Source of the DNA: Ignavibacteriota bacterium
Lineage (GTDB): Bacteria > Bacteroidota > Ignavibacteria > UBA10030 > CAVZMI01
DNA length: 64,000 bases
Direction of reading: 5' to 3'
Assembly (NCBI GenBank): GCA_963776275.1
Contig: CAVZMI010000005.1
Coordinates: 32,001 to 96,000, forward strand
Both the position numbers and the translations under genes were made by a program. Below the pieces are notes generated by a model. The model made no database searches. It worked only from the letters and a program-made list of their open reading frames with translations, and was not told the DNA's origin. This document shows positions 32,601 through 43,948 of this stretch, piece by piece; position 1 is the first letter of the stretch, and each line of letters starts with the position of its first letter.

Positions 32601-33824
32601 ATGAAGCAGATAATTCCATTATTATTCCTTATAATGAGCTACAATGTTTTTGCTCAAGAAAGTTATCCTCTCTCACCCGAAGTCTGGAGTGAGCCTGTCC
32701 CGCTTGATACTTCATTTGCACGCCCTTTTTTTTGGGAAGAATCCCCCTCGCTGACTGCAAGTTTTGACACGATGTATTTTGATAGAGGGGATGGTACTAT
32801 CCATATATCAATCAAGGTAAATGGCCGTTGGCAACCATCGATAAAATTAAATAATAACATTAACGGCTTTTCATCAAAATATAGGCCTTCAATAAGCAAA
32901 GATGGGAAAAGATTATATTTCTCTGCTTGGGCCGGTTATAGTGACTGGGATATTTGGTATAGTGATTGGGATACTGTAACCAACGATTGGGGTGTAGCAA
33001 AAAACATGGGGCCGGAAATAAATCTTTCGGGTGGGCAGTACTATCTATATGAATTAGGTAAAGATACAATATTTTGTCTGTCCTATGGTTCCACAGATTT
33101 GTATGCTTGGAACTCTGAAAGTGATAGATGGATGAAGATCGATAGTTTTTGGTATCACAAATTGGGTGTTGGTGATCTTATGGGTCTTAGTGAGACAAAC
33201 GATCGAAAGAAGATATATTTTGGGCTTACTCTATATCATTTGTATCAAAAAATTCAGTTTGATGTTGACATACTGGTCACCTATTGGGATTCGACTAAAA
33301 ATTATTGGGGTGATGTTTACTCGCTAAATATCGATACAAGACCAAAGCTTGGGCCCGATTCTGTTACAGTGTATGGAGGGGGAGAATGGGATCCATGGAT
33401 TTCGCCGGACGGGAAAATATTATTATTCTCTTCAAATAGAGATGCGGCGTATGATTCAATTAATACCGACAACTCTTCGAATCTCTATATAAGCCATCTT
33501 CTTGTGGATGAACATGGAAACCCTGTGAGGATTATCAGTTCACCTTATACGAAAGATTTTCATTATTCCCTATCGAATTTTCCCAATCCGTTTAATTCAA
33601 CAACAACGCTGGAGTACGAAATACCTACTGAAGGTTTAGTAATAATAAAATTGTATGATACTTTGGGTAGGGAAGTTGATACGATTATACGAGAAAATAA
33701 AAAACCCGGGATTTATAGGATAGCGATAGAATTTGACAGTAGAAAATTAAGTAGCGGTGTATACTACTCTACATTATACATGCATGGGGCATTTATAACA
33801 CATAAGTTAATTTATTCAAAATAA
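32601..33824 (+). CDS. Secreted PD40/TolB-like repeat protein with T9SS-type C-terminal sorting domain
   Basis: Signal peptide ending VFA-Q; PSISKDGKRLYFS and PWISPDGKILLFSSNR repeats; C-terminal NFPNPFNSTT...SGVY. Confidence 0.8.
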   Translation: MKQIIPLLFLIMSYNVFAQESYPLSPEVWSEPVPLDTSFARPFFWEESPSLTASFDTMYFDRGDGTIHISIKVNGRWQPSIKLNNNINGFSSKYRPSISKDGKRLYFSAWAGYSDWDIWYSDWDTVTNDWGVAKNMGPEINLSGGQYYLYELGKDTIFCLSYGSTDLYAWNSESDRWMKIDSFWYHKLGVGDLMGLSETNDRKKIYFGLTLYHLYQKIQFDVDILVTYWDSTKNYWGDVYSLNIDTRPKLGPDSVTVYGGGEWDPWISPDGKILLFSSNRDAAYDSINTDNSSNLYISHLLVDEHGNPVRIISSPYTKDFHYSLSNFPNPFNSTTTLEYEIPTEGLVIIKLYDTLGREVDTIIRENKKPGIYRIAIEFDSRKLSSGVYYSTLYMHGAFITHKLIYSK

Positions 33825-33925
33825 ATGGAGGTCGATATGAAAAACCACAGTATCGTTTATATTCTGCTTCAGTTGGAAATGGATTTTTTGGCAATTAAAT
33901 TAAGATAGAAGCCAAAGGAGAACCT

Positions 33926-34234
33926 ATGAACCAACGGAAACAGATATCGGCCCAACAAAAAGTTATTATTCTCCGGGAACACTTGGAAAACAATGTTCCA
34001 CTGAGCGAGTTAGGTGAAAAATATGGAGTTCACATCAACCTTCTCTATCGGTGGAAAAAAGAGCTTTTCGAAGGAGCGATTGACACCTTCGCTCGAAAAC
34101 ATGAGAAACAATCCAAAGCAGAGACACGAGCCGCTGATCGCCTCACCGAAAAACTCAAAGCGAAGGATAAGCTCATTGCTGAGCTTGTCGAGGACAACAT
34201 CCGGTTAAAAAAAAGTCTCACTGGCGACAATTGA
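33926..34234 (+). CDS. IS3-family OrfA (HTH)
   Basis: 'QKVIILREHL...LSELGEKYGVH..LLYRWKK' HTH plus coiled coil. A8 run at 34207-34214 gives an A-AAA-AAA slippery site into the -1 frame of orfB. Confidence 0.9.
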   Translation: MNQRKQISAQQKVIILREHLENNVPLSELGEKYGVHINLLYRWKKELFEGAIDTFARKHEKQSKAETRAADRLTEKLKAKDKLIAELVEDNIRLKKSLTGDN

Positions 34235-35223
34235 ACGATTGTTGGGTCGACATGGACATACGTGATAGTGTCATCGAATACGTTCAGATCATACATCAAA
34301 GATCGAATATATCGATCCAGAGACTTCTAAGCTGGATCGGCATATCACCCAGCAAATATTATGACTGGGTCGATCGTTGTGGGAAAGCCAATAATCACAA
34401 TGGTAGCATAGTCAAAGAACACTGGCTTTTACCCTGGGAACGAGAGGCAATTATTCGATACTACAGCTCTCATTCCGAAGAAGGATATCGCCGCTTGGCC
34501 TATATGATGCTCGATGAAAATGTCGTTGCCGTCAGTCCGTCGAGTACCTATCGTGTGCTGAAAACAACAGATCTGTTTAATATGTGGAATACAACACCAA
34601 AGAACCCGAAAAAGAAAGGATTTGATCAACCGACAAGGCCCCATGAGCATTGGCATATCGATATCAAATATGTAAACTTTCTTGGAACATTTTTATTCTT
34701 CACGAGCATCATCGACGGATTTTCTCGTTATATTGTCCATCACGAGCTTCGTCTATCGATGCAAGAATTTGATGTACAATTAACTCTCCAACGTGCTTTG
34801 GAAAAATTCCCCGGGGTCTCTCCACGGATTATTTCGGACAATGGGACCCAGTTTATTGCAAAGGAGTTTGGTGAATTCTTACGGTTACGAGGTCTACAAC
34901 ATGCACGGACATCAATCGGCTATCCTCAGAGTAATGGCAAGATCGAGCGATTTCATCGATCGCTCAGTGAAGAATGTCTTCGAACATCAAGCTTCATTGA
35001 TCTGAACGATGCTCGACAACAGGTTGCCACCTATGTCGAATATTACAACACTCATCGTCTTCATAGCTCGTTGTATTACCTGACCCCAGAAGATTTCTTG
35101 GTCAACAGAATCAATAGTCGTCTCAAAGAACGTGATGAAAAATTATATCAAGCTAGAGCCAATAGAATCCAACAACACTCCACCAGCTGCGTTTCAAGTT
35201 ATGCGTTACACCTTAATTCATAA
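34231..35223 (+). CDS. IS3-family OrfB DDE transposase core
   Basis: GYRRL, WHIDIKY, IIDGFSR, ISDNGTQF, PQSNGKIERFH and YNTHRLHSSL motifs. Confidence 0.93.
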   Translation: MNDCWVDMDIRDSVIEYVQIIHQRSNISIQRLLSWIGISPSKYYDWVDRCGKANNHNGSIVKEHWLLPWEREAIIRYYSSHSEEGYRRLAYMMLDENVVAVSPSSTYRVLKTTDLFNMWNTTPKNPKKKGFDQPTRPHEHWHIDIKYVNFLGTFLFFTSIIDGFSRYIVHHELRLSMQEFDVQLTLQRALEKFPGVSPRIISDNGTQFIAKEFGEFLRLRGLQHARTSIGYPQSNGKIERFHRSLSEECLRTSSFIDLNDARQQVATYVEYYNTHRLHSSLYYLTPEDFLVNRINSRLKERDEKLYQARANRIQQHSTSCVSSYALHLNS

Positions 35224-38200
35224 AGCTGTAATTCCATTTTCCGCTGAACCAGTACATTTACTCTATTCTTTTCCTGTTATCAATTTTTGCATACTCAAAT
35301 GCTCAGAACCTCAGTGTTTCTGACTGGGTGGATCCCGGTTATGTTCCCCCGCCAGCACCAATAACGCTCCATGATGTTGTTATAATTTCTGTAGATTTTG
35401 GTGCAGACGCAGTAATTCCTTCATGGTTTAATGATTTGACTACTAATACTATTCCATCCTTCTTTTTACAAGCCTTTTTCAACAAATATAATTATATGAT
35501 CGATGTTTTAAAGAAGGATGCAACTCACGCTTTTACAATGCCGACATATGCTCTACCTAAATTCGATGGTACTTGTGAACATGTGCACCTGTTGTCGAAT
35601 ATTCAAGCTGTTCTCCAAGAGGCTGATAATATTTATGATTTTAGAAACTATGACTATGACAATGATGGTATAGTCTATGTCACTTTTTCGTCGATTGGTC
35701 CAAGTAGTGGTGGAGTTGTCGGTTATTGCATGTCATACACTTCTAATGATATCAGACTTGATGGAAGCCATGTACAATTAATTGTGAAACGTCAGATCAG
35801 AGGAACTATCCCAAGCACGTTTGAGTCGGTATTCTATCATGAAGGGGGACATGATTTCTTTAACTTCCCGGATATGGCTCACGCTGGTGTTAATGATTAC
35901 AACCATTATGCTCTTGGTGGCTTTGATGTCATGGCTGGCGGAGGTTTTCAGGATCAGCCATCGCCATATAGTCCTGTGTTGAGACATTTAATGAACTGGT
36001 TCACTCCAGTACCTATTACAACGAACTTACCGGGTGGAGAACTGAAAGATTTTCAAATGAATGCGACATGTTATTTATTCGCTCCCGCGTCTTTACCATC
36101 TAATGCGATGCCCAACGAGAGGTTCTATATCTCCTATCACAAATTAGATGTAGTGAATAATCCTTTATTCAGAAAATATCCTTTTTCGAATCCACAAAAA
36201 GGTGGAGTACTAATTTGGCATTCCAATGTAAACAGTATCCCTACGACAGGAAATTTCAATGATAGGAGAAAGCTCCCAATTGACATCGAATGTGCCCATG
36301 GGAAAACGATATGGAATGAAACAGCAGACAATGTTATAAATACAGGCGAACAGGATCCTTTGACAGGATTGGACAAATTGGAAATACGGAAAACTGCGCC
36401 TAATGCACGTGGGTATTATAAAGAAATTGCTGGACCTTATTTTCAGATAGATCAAGGAGATGGTTCTATTTTCTATACTCCTGATGATGGTAAGAATTTC
36501 ACCTTTTATACAAACCCAAATGCTAATTGGTATTATAATTCAAGTACAGCAAATTATGCACAAAATATAACTTCTGGTTTTTCGGTCAAGAATATTAGAA
36601 TCGAAAATGGAACTGTAAAAGCTGATTTCTATACGAACGATTATACAATAACTCAAAATGCAACTCTTATAAAAGGAACGTGGAACATCACTAATACGGT
36701 CACTGTTGCTGCTGGTGTCACATTAACAGTGAATCCTGGGGCGGTTTTAAATTTTTCAAACGGTGCCTCAATTGTAGTGAATGGGAATCTGAATGCAACC
36801 GGAAATGCTTCAAATAGAATTACGTTTGATTTCGTTTCTCCAAATTCATCTACACAAAATGGAATAAAATTTAACAGCAGTTCGGGCAGTTCTCTCTCTT
36901 ACTGCGACATCAAGAATGCTTACGCCGCGATTTACTGTAATGGCGCCAGCATTTTGCCGCCAATAAGTTATTGCGTCATATCGAATAACACCATGGGAAT
37001 ACGCTTGAATAATGTCGGAGTGTCATCTAGCCAAATTTCACATAATAAAATTATATCCAATTCTTACTATGGGATTCTGCTTTACAATTCATCGCCAACA
37101 AACATAAGTATTGATACCATCTTAAATAGCCCCTACTACGGAGTTTATTGTGTGTCGGGCTCGACATCATATTTGTATTACACTATCATAAAAAACAATA
37201 CCTGCGGTGTATTTTGTGACGCCAGCATCGCTCATCTAGCCAATTATCCGGGTGATTCGGTGGGGCATAATGTGATAAAATTGAATGGTACCGGATTATC
37301 CTGTGCCTATGGCAGCGACGCCAAACTTGGTTATGCAAATCATCGTGGTCTAAACAGTGTTTACAGTAACACTTCGTACGCCATCGTTGCAGCTTATACT
37401 ACAAATATAAAGGCAGAGTATAACTACTGGGGTACAAATCCTGTCTTTAATATTCAAAGCGGCAGCAGCATCGACACTTTGAATTCTTTCCCACCCAACT
37501 CCGATCCCAACAGCGGAATGGGGAAAGCTGTTGTGGCAGAGAATTGGGAATCGGAAGGAAACACAACTGAAGTACCTTTCCGACAGGTCGTAACTGTTTC
37601 CGACACTACACCGGTATTCGATTCCGAATTTGAAGCGGCGCTTGATAATATGAGTAAAGGCAAATTTGATGATGCAATAGCTCAATATGTTCATAAATTC
37701 AAGAAGGAGAAGAACATAGGAAAGAGAAGATATGCTTTGGCACAGTTGGCTGAATGTTATCGGTCGGCCGGAAAAAAGGACTTCATTGATTTTCTTGACA
37801 GAGAAATCCGCCCAGTTTTGTCAAAGAACGATGAGCTTTACGCTAAGACATTGGAATTGGAGAATCTATTCTTAATAGGCGATGGGAAATATGACCAGGC
37901 GATAAAGAATTATAATACAATAATGAACGATTTTTCCAGTAATAAGGAAATGTACAAGCATGCGTTATTCAATATTTGGTATGTTTACTATAATGAACTA
38001 AAGGATACTATAAACTCGAAAGGATATATTAGCGAGTTGAAAGCTAAATACCCTGACGATGATCTTACTATGTTTTGTATGGTGTTACTCGGAGAAATTA
38101 CCACACCTAAGAGAATTGCTGCACCTCCAGGTTTAGGGAAAGGAGAAATGGCGTCAAAAGAGGAAGTACCGAATGAATACGCCTTATTTGAAAATTATCC

Positions 38201-38452
38201 TAACCCATTTAATCCAACGACATCAATAAAATACCAAATACCTGAGGAGGGATTTGTTACAATAAAGATTTTCGACGTTATAGGGAGAGAAGTTGCTTCT
38301 CTTGTGAATCAGAATCAAAAAGCCGGTAAATACACTGCGGAGTTTAATGCGTTAAATTTCTCAAGTGGACTGTATATCTATCAGTTGAAGGTTAATGATT
38401 TCATATCAACAAAAAAAATGATGCTATTAAAATGATTTAATGTGATAAAGAG

Positions 38453-38490
38453 AAAGCCCCTCATCTCCCAATTGATGTGGGGCTTTTTTT
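38453..38490 (+). terminator. Rho-independent terminator (possibly bidirectional)
   Basis: AAAGCCCC-CATC...GATG-GGGGCTTTTTTT between convergent genes. Confidence 0.75.
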
Positions 38491-38573
38491 CTTTTAAAAG
38501 CTGCTGAAAAAGAGGGCAATGCAGAAATTCATGCATCGCCCCTTGAGTCACAATCCTCTCACGTATGAATCAT

Positions 38574-40379
38574 TTATTCACATTGTAAATTGGAAATAAG
38601 CATATCACGAATCGAACTTAGTTCTTCCGGCAGTTTATCGTAGAGGCTGTTGAAGAGTTCATCATGGAGCTGGATTTCTTTTCTCCACAAATCTTTATCT
38701 ACGTTCATTAAATCGTTAAATTGGTCTTTTGAAAATTCCAATCCCTTCCAATCAATGTCTTCGTATCGCGGTATCCAGCCGAGCGGACTTTCTGAACCGC
38801 TTGCACATCCGTTCACACAATCGACAATCCATTTCATGACGCGCATATTTTCTCTATAGCCCGGCCATATGAAATTGCCGTTTTCATCGACACGAAACCA
38901 GTTGACTCCAAAGATTTGCGGTGGATGAGCGATACGCCTTCCCATCGTCAACCAGTAGTTAATGTAATCAGCCATGTGATAACCACAGAACGGCAGCATT
39001 GCAAATGGATCGCGACGTACCTGTCCCACTTTGCCCGCTGCTGCTGTTGTAGTTTCGGAACCCATGGTTGCAGCAAGATATACGCCGTGTGCCCAATTAT
39101 TCGATTGAACGACCAACGGTATTGTATCGCTACGGCGCCCACCGAAGATAAATGCCTTAATTGGTACACCATTCGGGTTTTCCCAGTCGGGATCGAGAGA
39201 AGGACATTGGCTTGCCGGAGTTGTGAAGCGTGCATTTGGATGTGCCGCTTTACGTCCGCAATCCGGCGTCCATGGTTGTCCGGTCCAGTCGATTAACTCG
39301 GCCGGCGGCGTCTTTGTCATACCCTCCCACCATATATCGCCATCGGGAGTGAGTGCAACGTTAGTATAGATTGTATTCTTTTTAATGGTTGCCATAGCGT
39401 TCGGATTGGACTTTTCGGAAGTACCCGGCGCTACGCCAAAGTAGCCGTATTCAGGATTAATGGCGTAGAGCCAGCCATCGCTTCCCGGTTTAATCCATGC
39501 AATATCATCGCCGACAGTTGTGACTTTCCATCCCTTAAAGGTATCGGGTGGAATAAGCATAGCAAGGTTAGTCTTCCCACAGGCACTCGGAAATGCGGCT
39601 GCTACATATGTCTTCTGACCCTGCGGAGATTCGAGTCCGACAATGAGCATATGCTCAGCCATCCAGCCTTGATCGCGAGCCATAGTGGAGGCGATACGGA
39701 GAGCAAAACATTTTTTGCCAAGCAAGGCATTGCCGCCGTAACCGCTTCCAAACGACCAAATGGCATGTTCCTCCGGGTAATGAACAATATATTTTTCTTT
39801 ACTACACGGCCATGGGACATCTTTTTGGCCCGGTTCCAGTGGCATTCCTACCGAATGAATACATGGAACAAATTCACCATGATCGCCCAGTACATCCCAT
39901 ACGGCTTTTCCCATACGAGTCATAATGCGCATATTAACTACGACATAAGGAGAGTCCGTCAGCTCAATGCCTATATGAGCAATATGCGATCCAAGCGGTC
40001 CCATGCTGAATGGAATGACATAGAGCGTACGTCCCCGCATACAACCGTCGAAGAGCTTTTTAAGCGTCGCCTTCATCTCACGTGGATCAACCCAGTTATT
40101 TGTCGGGCCGGCGTCGCTTTTCTTCACGCTGCAAATAAATGTGCGATCTTCCACGCGCGCCACATCATTGATATCCGACCGGGCGAGGAAACTATTGGGC
40201 CTTTTCTGTTTATTCAATTTTAAAAACGTCCCCGCCTCCACGAGCCGTTGACACAAATCGTCATATTCGGCCTGCGAGCCGTCGCACCAGTATACTTCGT
40301 CCGGTTTTACAAGTGCGGCAATTTCTTTTATCCAGGTGATTGCTTTTTCATTTCTTATGTATGATGGAATTGTCATCAT
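38574..40379 (-). CDS. pckG: Phosphoenolpyruvate carboxykinase (GTP)
   Basis: [43 protein letters not shown] and [11 protein letters not shown] motifs. Confidence 0.97.
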   Translation of the reverse strand: MMTIPSYIRNEKAITWIKEIAALVKPDEVYWCDGSQAEYDDLCQRLVEAGTFLKLNKQKRPNSFLARSDINDVARVEDRTFICSVKKSDAGPTNNWVDPREMKATLKKLFDGCMRGRTLYVIPFSMGPLGSHIAHIGIELTDSPYVVVNMRIMTRMGKAVWDVLGDHGEFVPCIHSVGMPLEPGQKDVPWPCSKEKYIVHYPEEHAIWSFGSGYGGNALLGKKCFALRIASTMARDQGWMAEHMLIVGLESPQGQKTYVAAAFPSACGKTNLAMLIPPDTFKGWKVTTVGDDIAWIKPGSDGWLYAINPEYGYFGVAPGTSEKSNPNAMATIKKNTIYTNVALTPDGDIWWEGMTKTPPAELIDWTGQPWTPDCGRKAAHPNARFTTPASQCPSLDPDWENPNGVPIKAFIFGGRRSDTIPLVVQSNNWAHGVYLAATMGSETTTAAAGKVGQVRRDPFAMLPFCGYHMADYINYWLTMGRRIAHPPQIFGVNWFRVDENGNFIWPGYRENMRVMKWIVDCVNGCASGSESPLGWIPRYEDIDWKGLEFSKDQFNDLMNVDKDLWRKEIQLHDELFNSLYDKLPEELSSIRDMLISNLQCE

Positions 40380-40432
40380 TAAATAATGAAAAATTAATAT
40401 TGGTGTATCGTTTTTTCAGGATCTGAGAGAAT

Positions 40433-41647
40433 CTACCAATCGCGAACTACCGTGCGATTACCTATTTTGATCTCCCGTGGTGAATTCGGGTCTAATGCCC
40501 ACTTGATTCGGGACATTCCTTCGGCAACTTCATCGGCTGCTCCGGCATAACTAATTCTCAGGTGGCCTTCCGCTCCGAAATCTTTCCCGGGCACGGTAAC
40601 CACAAGGGCTTTTTTCAATAAAAATTCTCCCATTGCCATCGAATCCTTATTGTAGGCGTTGAAATTGGGCAAACAGTAGAAGGTTCCTTCCGGTTTCACC
40701 ATTTTAATTCCGGGAATCGATAGTAATCCCTTCATAACAATATCACGGTTTTTCTCGAGCGTAGATATGAGAGTATCAACGCAGCTTTGGTCGCCGTTTA
40801 GCGCCGCTTCGGCGGCAGCTTGACATATCGGAGAATTGCATGTTGTGATTTGTCCCTGTACATTCGCCATAACCTTCACAAGCTTGCGGTTGGAGACGAC
40901 CCAGCCCACACGGAATCCTGTCATTCCATATGTCTTGGAAATCCCGTTGACGACAATGACATTTGTCGATTCGACATCTTTTTTCGTAAAGTTATATACA
41001 GGTGCGATCTTCTTCCCGTCAAAAACAAGTTTATGATAAATGTCATCCATGATGAGATAGATATTTTTTCGTTCACAGTATTCAACAATCTGTCCGATAA
41101 ATTCATCAGGAAAGACAGCGCCAGATGGATTGTTAGGACTATTCACGATAATTAAACGAGTCGCTGGAGTAATAGCCTTCTCGATATCCGACAATTTTGG
41201 GTAGAAGCTTCCGTCTGCCGGCGTAACGATCACTGGAACACCGTTGACCATTTTTACCATTTCCGGATAGCTCACCCAGTAGGGGGCCAAAATAATGACC
41301 TCCTGTCCCGGATCGATAAGCGCATACAGCAAATTGAATACGGAGTGCTTGGCACCATCGGAGACAATTATATTTGACGGCTCGACTGTTCTTCCGTAGT
41401 TCCTTTCGGTGTACTGAATAATGGCCTTTTTTAAGGAAGGTAAGCCGTCCGAAGGGGCGTACTTTACCTCGCCAGTATTCAATTTCTCGATGGCGCTCGA
41501 TATTGCATGCATTGGGGCTTTATTTTTCGGTTCTCCGGCCCCAAGGTGAACGACAGCTTCACCTTTCTCTTTGAGTATCCGCGCCTCCTGGTTGAGCCGA
41601 AGAGTCGGCGACTCAACGATGGATTGGGCAAGTCTGCTTATGCTCAT
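40433..41647 (-). CDS. PLP-dependent class I/II aminotransferase (aspartate aminotransferase-like)
   Basis: GAGEP, PYWVSY, NSPNNPSG, DDIY and SKTYGMTGFRVGW motifs. Confidence 0.92.
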   Translation of the reverse strand: MSISRLAQSIVESPTLRLNQEARILKEKGEAVVHLGAGEPKNKAPMHAISSAIEKLNTGEVKYAPSDGLPSLKKAIIQYTERNYGRTVEPSNIIVSDGAKHSVFNLLYALIDPGQEVIILAPYWVSYPEMVKMVNGVPVIVTPADGSFYPKLSDIEKAITPATRLIIVNSPNNPSGAVFPDEFIGQIVEYCERKNIYLIMDDIYHKLVFDGKKIAPVYNFTKKDVESTNVIVVNGISKTYGMTGFRVGWVVSNRKLVKVMANVQGQITTCNSPICQAAAEAALNGDQSCVDTLISTLEKNRDIVMKGLLSIPGIKMVKPEGTFYCLPNFNAYNKDSMAMGEFLLKKALVVTVPGKDFGAEGHLRISYAGAADEVAEGMSRIKWALDPNSPREIKIGNRTVVRDW

Positions 41648-41823
41648 GAATAAAATGACCTCCGAGGTTTTTGTTGTGTTACTTTCAAGATAATACATTT
41701 TTATTAATTTACAACACAATAAAAAAATTTGTAACTTTTAATTTCCAAAATTCGTATCATTGACATAGTCTGCATTTAGAATAACCGTACTTTTTTTATG
41801 ACCACAACATCACAAGGAGGACT

Positions 41824-42411
41824 ATGAAATCTTTTCTTTTTATGCTTGCAATCGTTTTACTCACCATCCCGGTTCTGGCACAGGAAGAAACTCTGATAGG
41901 AGAGGAATTCCACAGCGGGGGTTTTGGCGGGCCGGAGGTCAAAATAGGTCCGATGCTGGGAACGACCGGGGTATTCGTCGGCGGACGCGGTGGATGGATC
42001 ATTAACCATACCTATGTCATAGGAGGCGGGGGGTATGGACTTGCGAATGATGTGCGTGTTAAAGATATCACAATCAATGGCCAGCCGGCATACCTCGGCT
42101 TTGGATATGGCGGTCTGTTCTTGGAAGTTATCGGTAATTCCGACAAGTTGATTCATTATACAATCGGACTTATGATTGCTGGTGGCGGAGTGGAGTACCG
42201 TGACAGTCTCTATGACTGGAACGATCATAATTGGGATGCCGTCTTTGTGCTCGAGCCTGCCGTAAGCGTCGAGATGAATATAACAAGTTTTTTCCGGCTC
42301 GGTCTTGGAGCAAGTTATCGTTTTGTAAGCGGCGTTAATACCTATGGATTAACAAATAAAGAGCTGAGCAATGCAACCGGTACGATTATATTGAAATTTG
42401 GGACATTTTGA
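41824..42411 (+). CDS. Probable outer-membrane beta-barrel protein of unknown function
   Basis: AAGGAGG RBS; signal peptide VLA-Q; Gly/aromatic-rich amphipathic strands; C-terminal Phe (KFGTF). Confidence 0.7.
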   Translation: MKSFLFMLAIVLLTIPVLAQEETLIGEEFHSGGFGGPEVKIGPMLGTTGVFVGGRGGWIINHTYVIGGGGYGLANDVRVKDITINGQPAYLGFGYGGLFLEVIGNSDKLIHYTIGLMIAGGGVEYRDSLYDWNDHNWDAVFVLEPAVSVEMNITSFFRLGLGASYRFVSGVNTYGLTNKELSNATGTIILKFGTF

Positions 42412-42412
42412 A

Positions 42413-42538
42413 CTCTGTGTCCTTGTCTTCTCCTCCGTGTCCTCTGTGGCCCTTTATTATATAAAAATAATTGTTGGGTCACCGCCACGGAGGATACAAA
42501 GGACTTCTCTAGTGCAATCTAGCGCAGAGGACGCAGAG
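42413..42538. repeat. Intergenic imperfect inverted repeat built from CTCYGYGTCCT-type units (MITE/REP-like)
   Basis: TCCTCCGTGTCCTCTGTGGC pairs with GCCACGGAGGATACAAAGGA; outer CTCTGTGTCCT pairs with AGGACGCAGAG. Confidence 0.65.
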
Positions 42539-42632
42539 TCATGTTGGCTGTTGATTATTTTTGTTGACTATCCTCCTTTTTTTCTTATTTTAAATAGATA
42601 GATCATCATTGATTCAACAATTCCATTTTACT

Positions 42633-43916
42633 ATGTCGAAAAGAATGAATATTTCCTGGCTTCAATGCGTTCAGTGTAATGCAATTTACGACATTGACGA
42701 AATCCGTTTCAGCTGTACCTGCGGCCATCTTCTTGATGCCGTGCACGATCTGGGAATGATGAAATCGATGGTTTCTCGCGATATGTTTGACGATCGATTG
42801 GGCTTGGTTGATGCCCCGTTATCGAGTGGAGTGTGGCGGTTTCGCGAGCTTGTTATGCCCGAAGTCGCCGATGAAGCAATAGTCACGAAATCCGAGGGAA
42901 ATACACGACTTTATAGAAATAAAAAGATCAGCAAATGGACCGGCCTCGAAAAATTATTTCTGAAACACGAGGGAGAAAATCCAACCGGCTCGTTCAAAGA
43001 CCGGGGAATGACAGTTGCTGTAACAAAGGCAAAAAGCCTCGAACGACCTGCCGTTGTATGTGCATCGACTGGAAATACTTCTGCATCGCTTGCTTCATAT
43101 GCTTCTGAAGGCGGTTTGGTAGGAATCGTGCTCATTCCACACGGGGATGTCGCCTTCGGTAAAGTCGCTCAGGCACTTGCCTATGGAGCAAAGACTCTAA
43201 TGGTGCGCGGCGATTTCGACGATTGTATGCGGTTGATTCAGGAAGCGGAAGCCTCGCTCAAAGCCTACCCCCTGAATTCAATCAATCCGTTTCGCCTCGA
43301 GGGACAGAAAACTATCATGTGGGAGACGCTTCAGCAGCTCCACTGGGAGGTTCCGGATTGGATCGTCCTTCCCGGCGGGAATCTTGGAAATACAAGTGCA
43401 TTCGGGAAAGCGTTTTATGAAGCAAAAGAACTTGGACTTATCGATCGTATGCCGCGCTTTGCCGTGATACAGGCTGAAGGTGCAAATCCATTCTATAGTG
43501 CGTTCAAACGCAATTTCGAATCGCTGCAAACTGTAAAAGCTTCTACTATTGCGACAGCAATTAAAATCGGGAATCCGGTGAATTACGAGAAAGCCGTTCG
43601 GACACTCCGCTGGACCGACGGAATTTCGGAGCAGGTGACCGATGAAGAAATCCTCGATGCCAAAGGAATCGTCGATTCCTCGGGTATTGGAGCCGAGCCG
43701 GCATCATGCGCAACTGTTGCCGGTGTGCAGAAACTGGTCTCAAACGGTGTTATCAAAAAGTCAGAGACTGTTGTCGGACTCCTGACCGGTCATGTCCTGA
43801 AAGATCCAGATGCGATTGCAAAATATCATGATCGTGAGCCGTATCATCGCTATTCGAATCCTCCGCGTGAAATTAATCCGTCACTCGACGAGCTTGCGGC
43901 AATCCTGAATGAGTAG
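42633..43916 (+). CDS. thrC: Threonine synthase
   Basis: N-terminal Cys pairs; KHEGENPTGSFKDRG, CASTGNTSAS, EGQKT, PGGNLGN and LTGHVLKD motifs. Confidence 0.93.
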   Translation: MSKRMNISWLQCVQCNAIYDIDEIRFSCTCGHLLDAVHDLGMMKSMVSRDMFDDRLGLVDAPLSSGVWRFRELVMPEVADEAIVTKSEGNTRLYRNKKISKWTGLEKLFLKHEGENPTGSFKDRGMTVAVTKAKSLERPAVVCASTGNTSASLASYASEGGLVGIVLIPHGDVAFGKVAQALAYGAKTLMVRGDFDDCMRLIQEAEASLKAYPLNSINPFRLEGQKTIMWETLQQLHWEVPDWIVLPGGNLGNTSAFGKAFYEAKELGLIDRMPRFAVIQAEGANPFYSAFKRNFESLQTVKASTIATAIKIGNPVNYEKAVRTLRWTDGISEQVTDEEILDAKGIVDSSGIGAEPASCATVAGVQKLVSNGVIKKSETVVGLLTGHVLKDPDAIAKYHDREPYHRYSNPPREINPSLDELAAILNE

Positions 43917-43948
43917 TCTTTTTCTTATTCTTTCTGAAAGAACTTCAG

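Larger units (their letters stand above)
33860..35256 (+). mobile_element. IS3-family insertion sequence with 4-bp target duplication TTTA
   Basis: Imperfect terminal IRs (TATTCTGCTTCAGTTGGAAATGGA vs reverse complement TGTACTGGTTCAGCGGAAAATGGA). TTTA at 33856-33859 and 35257-35260. orfA/orfB arrangement. Confidence 0.92.
33837..38435 (+). pseudogene. IS-interrupted secreted zinc metalloprotease (M6/immune inhibitor A-like) with beta-helix, TPR-like region and T9SS-type CTD
   Basis: GGAGG-ATG at 33837. Removing the IS and one TTTA gives MKNHSIVYSILFLLSIFAYSNA-QNLSVSDWVDPGY in frame with ORF 35328-38435, which has HEGGH..FNFPD, DVMAGG, GVLIWH and NYPNPFNP. Confidence 0.85.
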
